Of a stretch of 64,000 nucleotides of DNA, positions 60,612 to 64,000 are shown piece by piece. This DNA is from Eggerthellaceae bacterium (lineage in GTDB: Bacteria; Bacillota; Clostridia; Christensenellales; UBA1242), in NCBI GenBank assembly GCA_963602685.1, contig CAVCJG010000005.1:15047-79046 (forward strand). The letters run 5' to 3'. The notes below the pieces were generated by a model, which saw nothing but the letters and a program-made list of their open reading frames with translations, was not told the DNA's origin and made no database searches. The position numbers and the translations under genes were made by a program. Each line of letters opens with the position of its first letter. The stretch's first letter is position 1.

Positions 60612-60826
60612 GTTAAATGTTTGACAGAAAAAGAGTATGCCTACCTGCGGCTTACAGTGAGACGAGACAGTGAAAATCGTCAGCGACTTGCGATAGGTTG
60701 AAGACAGTTTCTTTAGTTTAACCGGTATTAAGTTCGTAAACTTAAAAATGAGTGACCCATTTGGGTAAGTTAGGTGGCACCACGGAATTTTTCGTCCTAA
60801 CGCAGATGATTGCGTTAGGATTTTTT
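60612..60826 (+). promoter_or_regulatory. T-box leader (specifier most likely GAC, tRNA-Asp) with terminator, upstream of aspS-asnS
   Basis: AGAGT GA-motif region near 60634. Specifier context GAA-GAC-A (GAC at 60703-60705). T-box AAGTTAGGTGGCACCACGG (60768-60786). Terminator TCCTAACGCA / TGCGTTAGGA (60795-60804 / 60811-60820) plus T6. Confidence 0.8.
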
Positions 60827-60848
60827 AACGCTTAAAAAGGAGAAATGT

Positions 60849-62603
60849 ATGATTACAAAAAATATTTACAGAAATTGCGACTGCGGAAGTTTAAGACTTG
60901 CTGACGCAGGAAGAGAAGTCGTTTTGGCTGGTTGGGTTAACAGTATCCGTGAACTTGGCGGGCTTACTTTTGTTACGCTCAGAGACCATTATGGAATTAC
61001 ACAACTTGTTGTTAAAGACCACGACCTTATGAAAAACGTAAACAAAGAGTGCACAATCTCAGCACACGGCATGGTTGTAGAACGCGAAAGCAAAAACCCT
61101 AAAATGCCTACTGGTGATATTGAAGTTGTAGTTGACAGAATCGTTGTTTTAGGAAAGTGCCAATCAACTCTTCCTTTTGAAATTTCTTCATCAAATTCAA
61201 CAGGCGAAGCATTAAGACTTAAATATCGTTATCTCGACCTTAGAAATCCAGAAAATCACAACATTATCGTGCTTAGAAGCAAAATGCTTAACTTTGTAAG
61301 AAACAAAATGTATAACATGGGCTTTACAGAAGTTCAAACTCCAATTCTTGCAAATTCAAGCCCAGAAGGTGCACGTGACTTTATCGTGCCAACAGTAAAT
61401 GCTCCTGGCGAGTTTTTTGCTCTTCCACAAGCACCACAACAATTTAAACAACTTTTAATGGTTGCCGGATTTGATAGATATTTTCAAGTTGCTCCATGCT
61501 TCAGAAACGAACCAGCACGTGCGGACCGTTCACCTGGCGAATTTTATCAAGTCGACTTTGAAATGAGTTTTGCAACACAAGAAGATGTTTTTGCTGTTTG
61601 CGAAGAATTTATTTCTGACCTTTTCCGCACTCTTGCGCCAGAGCGTAAAGTTTCAACTGTTCCACTTACTCGCATTCCATATCGTGAAGCGATGGACAAA
61701 TATTGCTCAGATAAACCTGACCTTCGAAACCCTCTTATTGTGCACGACCTTACAAAGATTTTTGCTAACACAGAATTTAATGCTTTTAAAGGCAAAACAA
61801 TCAAAGCAATCGCAACTGACGTTGGAGAAAAATCACGCAAGTGGTATGACGAAATCGGACAAGTTATTGTTGCTTATGAAGGCAAAGGCTGCGCTTGGGT
61901 TAAATATCACGACGGCGAATTCAGCGGAAGCATTGTAAAATTCTTAAACGACGAAGATAAAGCCAACATTATTAAAGAATTCAATCTTAAAGGCGGCGAA
62001 AGCATTTTCATCGTTGCGGACAGCGAAGAAATGGCGCCAAAACTTGCAAATGTTTTGAGAAACGAACTTGGCAATCGCCTTGACCTTATCGACAAAAACG
62101 CTATTGCTATGTGCTGGATTGTTGATTTCCCATTCTTTGAAAAGAACAAAGAAACAGGCAAAATTGACTTTGGACACAACCCATTCAGTATGCCACAAGC
62201 AACTTTAGAAGAACTCAGCACAAAAAATCCATATGACATTTTGGCTTATCAATATGATATGGTTATCAACGGCCACGAATGCTTGAGCGGGGCAGTTAGA
62301 AACCACGACCAAGACATCATGCTTAAAGTGTTTGATATGGTTGGATACAACGAAGAAGTCGTTAAACAAAAATTCGGCGCACTTTATTCAGCATTCTCAT
62401 ATGGCGCTCCACCTCACGCCGGCTGCGCATTCGGATTTGACTCACTTTTGATGATTGTTGCGAATAAAGAACTTATGCGTGAAATTATCGCGTTCCCACT
62501 CAGCAACAACGCAAGAGACCTTATGATGAACGCTCCAAGCAAGATCGACGACAAATTCTTAAGAGAAGTTGGCATCCAACTCATCGACAAAGGAGATAAA
62601 TAA
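60849..62603 (+). CDS. aspS: Aspartate--tRNA ligase (bacterial type)
   Basis: 584 aa. N-terminal OB fold ([29 protein letters not shown]). Class II motifs FRNE and [15 protein letters not shown]. Confidence 0.93.
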   Translation: MITKNIYRNCDCGSLRLADAGREVVLAGWVNSIRELGGLTFVTLRDHYGITQLVVKDHDLMKNVNKECTISAHGMVVERESKNPKMPTGDIEVVVDRIVVLGKCQSTLPFEISSSNSTGEALRLKYRYLDLRNPENHNIIVLRSKMLNFVRNKMYNMGFTEVQTPILANSSPEGARDFIVPTVNAPGEFFALPQAPQQFKQLLMVAGFDRYFQVAPCFRNEPARADRSPGEFYQVDFEMSFATQEDVFAVCEEFISDLFRTLAPERKVSTVPLTRIPYREAMDKYCSDKPDLRNPLIVHDLTKIFANTEFNAFKGKTIKAIATDVGEKSRKWYDEIGQVIVAYEGKGCAWVKYHDGEFSGSIVKFLNDEDKANIIKEFNLKGGESIFIVADSEEMAPKLANVLRNELGNRLDLIDKNAIAMCWIVDFPFFEKNKETGKIDFGHNPFSMPQATLEELSTKNPYDILAYQYDMVINGHECLSGAVRNHDQDIMLKVFDMVGYNEEVVKQKFGALYSAFSYGAPPHAGCAFGFDSLLMIVANKELMREIIAFPLSNNARDLMMNAPSKIDDKFLREVGIQLIDKGDK

Positions 62604-63988
62604 TGAAAAGAACCGAACTTAAAACTCTTCAAAAAAACTTTGCCGATTATGACGGCAAAACCGTTACTGTTTGCGGTTGGGCAAGAACCGTTCGTGATTC
62701 GAAAAACATCGGATTTATCGAACTTAACGACGGATCTTTCAAAAGCGTGCAAATCGTGTTAGAGCGAAGCAAACTTGCAAACTATGACGAACTTGTTAAA
62801 CAAAATGTTGGCGCTTCATTTGAAATTGTGGGAAAAGTTATTGTGACTCCACAAGCAAAACAACCTTTTGAAATCAACGCTGACAAGGCGGAGGTTTTAG
62901 GAACATCTGCAACAGATTATCCTCTTCAAAAAAAGGGACATTCGATTGAATTTTTAAGAAGCATTCCTTTTATTCGCGCAAGGGGGAACCTTTTTAATGC
63001 TGTTTTTAAAATTCGTTCAACTGCCGCTTATGCAATTCATAAATACTTTAATGAACGCAACTTTGTTTACGTTCACACTCCAATCATAACAGGCAGCGAT
63101 TGCGAAGGCGCAGGCGAAATGTTCCAAGTTACAACACTTGACCTTGACCGTATCGCAAAAGACGGAAAAGTTGACTATTCAAAAGACTTTTTCGGCAAAA
63201 AAGCATCGCTTACTGTTTCGGGACAATTAAACGAAGAATGCCTTACTCACGCTTTCGGCAAAACTTACACATTTGGCCCAACTTTCCGTGCAGAAAAGTC
63301 AAACACAACTCGCCACGCCGCTGAGTTTTGGATGATGGAGCCAGAAATGTGCTTCTGCGAACTTGACGAACTTATGGACAACGAAGAAGAAATGGTTAAA
63401 TACGTAATTTCTTATGTTATGGAAAACTGCCATGACGAAATGGAATTTTTAAACCGCTTTGTCGACACTGGGCTTATCGAAAGACTTAAAAACGTTGTTG
63501 AAAACGATTTTGTTAGACTTGACTATACTGAAGCAATCAGCATTTTAGAAAAAGTTAAAGACAGATTTGTTTTCCCTGTTAATTGGGGAGTTGACCTTCA
63601 ATCAGAACATGAAAGATATCTCACCGAAGAAGTGTTTAAAAAGCCAGTATTTTTAATCAACTATCCAAAGGATATCAAAGCCTTTTATATGCGCTTAAAC
63701 GACGACAAAAAGACTGTTGCTGCGGTTGACCTTCTTGTTCCTGGCATCGGCGAACTTATCGGCGGAAGCCAAAGAGAAGAAAGACTTGATGTGCTTAAAA
63801 GCAGAATGGCTGAAATGGGCTTGAAAGAAGAAGATTATAAATGGTATCTTGACACACGTCGCTATGGCACAAACAAACATTCTGGTTATGGCCTTGGCTT
63901 TGAAAGAATGGTTATGTATCTTACAGGCATTCAAAATATTCGTGATGTTGAAATATTCCCAAGAACTGTGGGCAACTTAGAAGGATAA
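62603..63988 (+). CDS. asnS: Asparagine--tRNA ligase
   Basis: 461 aa. [27 protein letters not shown] fold, [21 protein letters not shown] motif 2, [12 protein letters not shown] motif 3. The start overlaps the aspS stop (TAATG). Confidence 0.93.
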   Translation: MKRTELKTLQKNFADYDGKTVTVCGWARTVRDSKNIGFIELNDGSFKSVQIVLERSKLANYDELVKQNVGASFEIVGKVIVTPQAKQPFEINADKAEVLGTSATDYPLQKKGHSIEFLRSIPFIRARGNLFNAVFKIRSTAAYAIHKYFNERNFVYVHTPIITGSDCEGAGEMFQVTTLDLDRIAKDGKVDYSKDFFGKKASLTVSGQLNEECLTHAFGKTYTFGPTFRAEKSNTTRHAAEFWMMEPEMCFCELDELMDNEEEMVKYVISYVMENCHDEMEFLNRFVDTGLIERLKNVVENDFVRLDYTEAISILEKVKDRFVFPVNWGVDLQSEHERYLTEEVFKKPVFLINYPKDIKAFYMRLNDDKKTVAAVDLLVPGIGELIGGSQREERLDVLKSRMAEMGLKEEDYKWYLDTRRYGTNKHSGYGLGFERMVMYLTGIQNIRDVEIFPRTVGNLEG

Positions 63989-64000
63989 AATTTGGAAGAA

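Noticed and set aside
1-64000. Mobile elements or prophage (transposase, integrase, recombinase, IS inverted repeats, phage structural genes)
   Set aside because: None of the ORFs shows DDE, tyrosine-recombinase or serine-recombinase hallmarks, and tRNA-Ser has no adjacent integrase or direct repeat of its 3' end. Candidate islands (XRE module, 435-aa repeat protein, HipA-like pair, Fic) therefore lack direct mobility evidence.

Overview
Low-GC, Gram-positive (Bacillota-type) anaerobe chromosome segment covering the replication-origin neighbourhood. The taxon call rests on T-box leaders, a PASTA-containing PBP, rubrerythrin and class III RNR. Right third (45-64 kb): rbr, two parS sites, then parB-parA-rsmG-mnmG-mnmE-jag-yidC-rnpA-rpmH followed, unusually in the same orientation, by dnaN and dnaA. 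recF is divergent, followed by a split HipA-like kinase pair and a T-box-controlled aspS-asnS operon. A DnaA-box / TAG-trio / AT-rich module lies in the dnaA-dnaN spacer. Left part: a truncated cls, one 10.9-kb ORF (3,622 aa, membrane-anchored surface giant), an ABC-F ATPase, T-box-glyQS, and an XRE regulator with a perfect operator palindrome next to an unknown 408-aa protein. A fragmented division/cell-wall cluster follows: CvpA-like 951-aa protein, rsmH, two lipoproteins, a GC-rich structured island, a bitopic protein and PBP2B. Middle: four tandem small winged-helix-like paralogs behind an HD nucleotidase, tRNA-Ser(GCU), a UDG-superfamily gene and dut, followed by a perfect GC-rich cloverleaf element. 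Then nrdG, a repeat/SAP-motif protein, trxB translationally coupled to an NrdD-redoxin fusion, a Fic protein with a degenerate active-site motif, and a SIMPL protein. No transposase, integrase, CRISPR array or rRNA was seen. The items I consider most worth follow-up are the two GC-rich structured intergenic elements, the four-paralog wHTH/HD cluster, the reversed split HipA pair, the NrdD-redoxin-TrxB module, the inverted dnaA-dnaN block and the giant protein. All calls come from reading the sequence and the ORF track; no database search was run.
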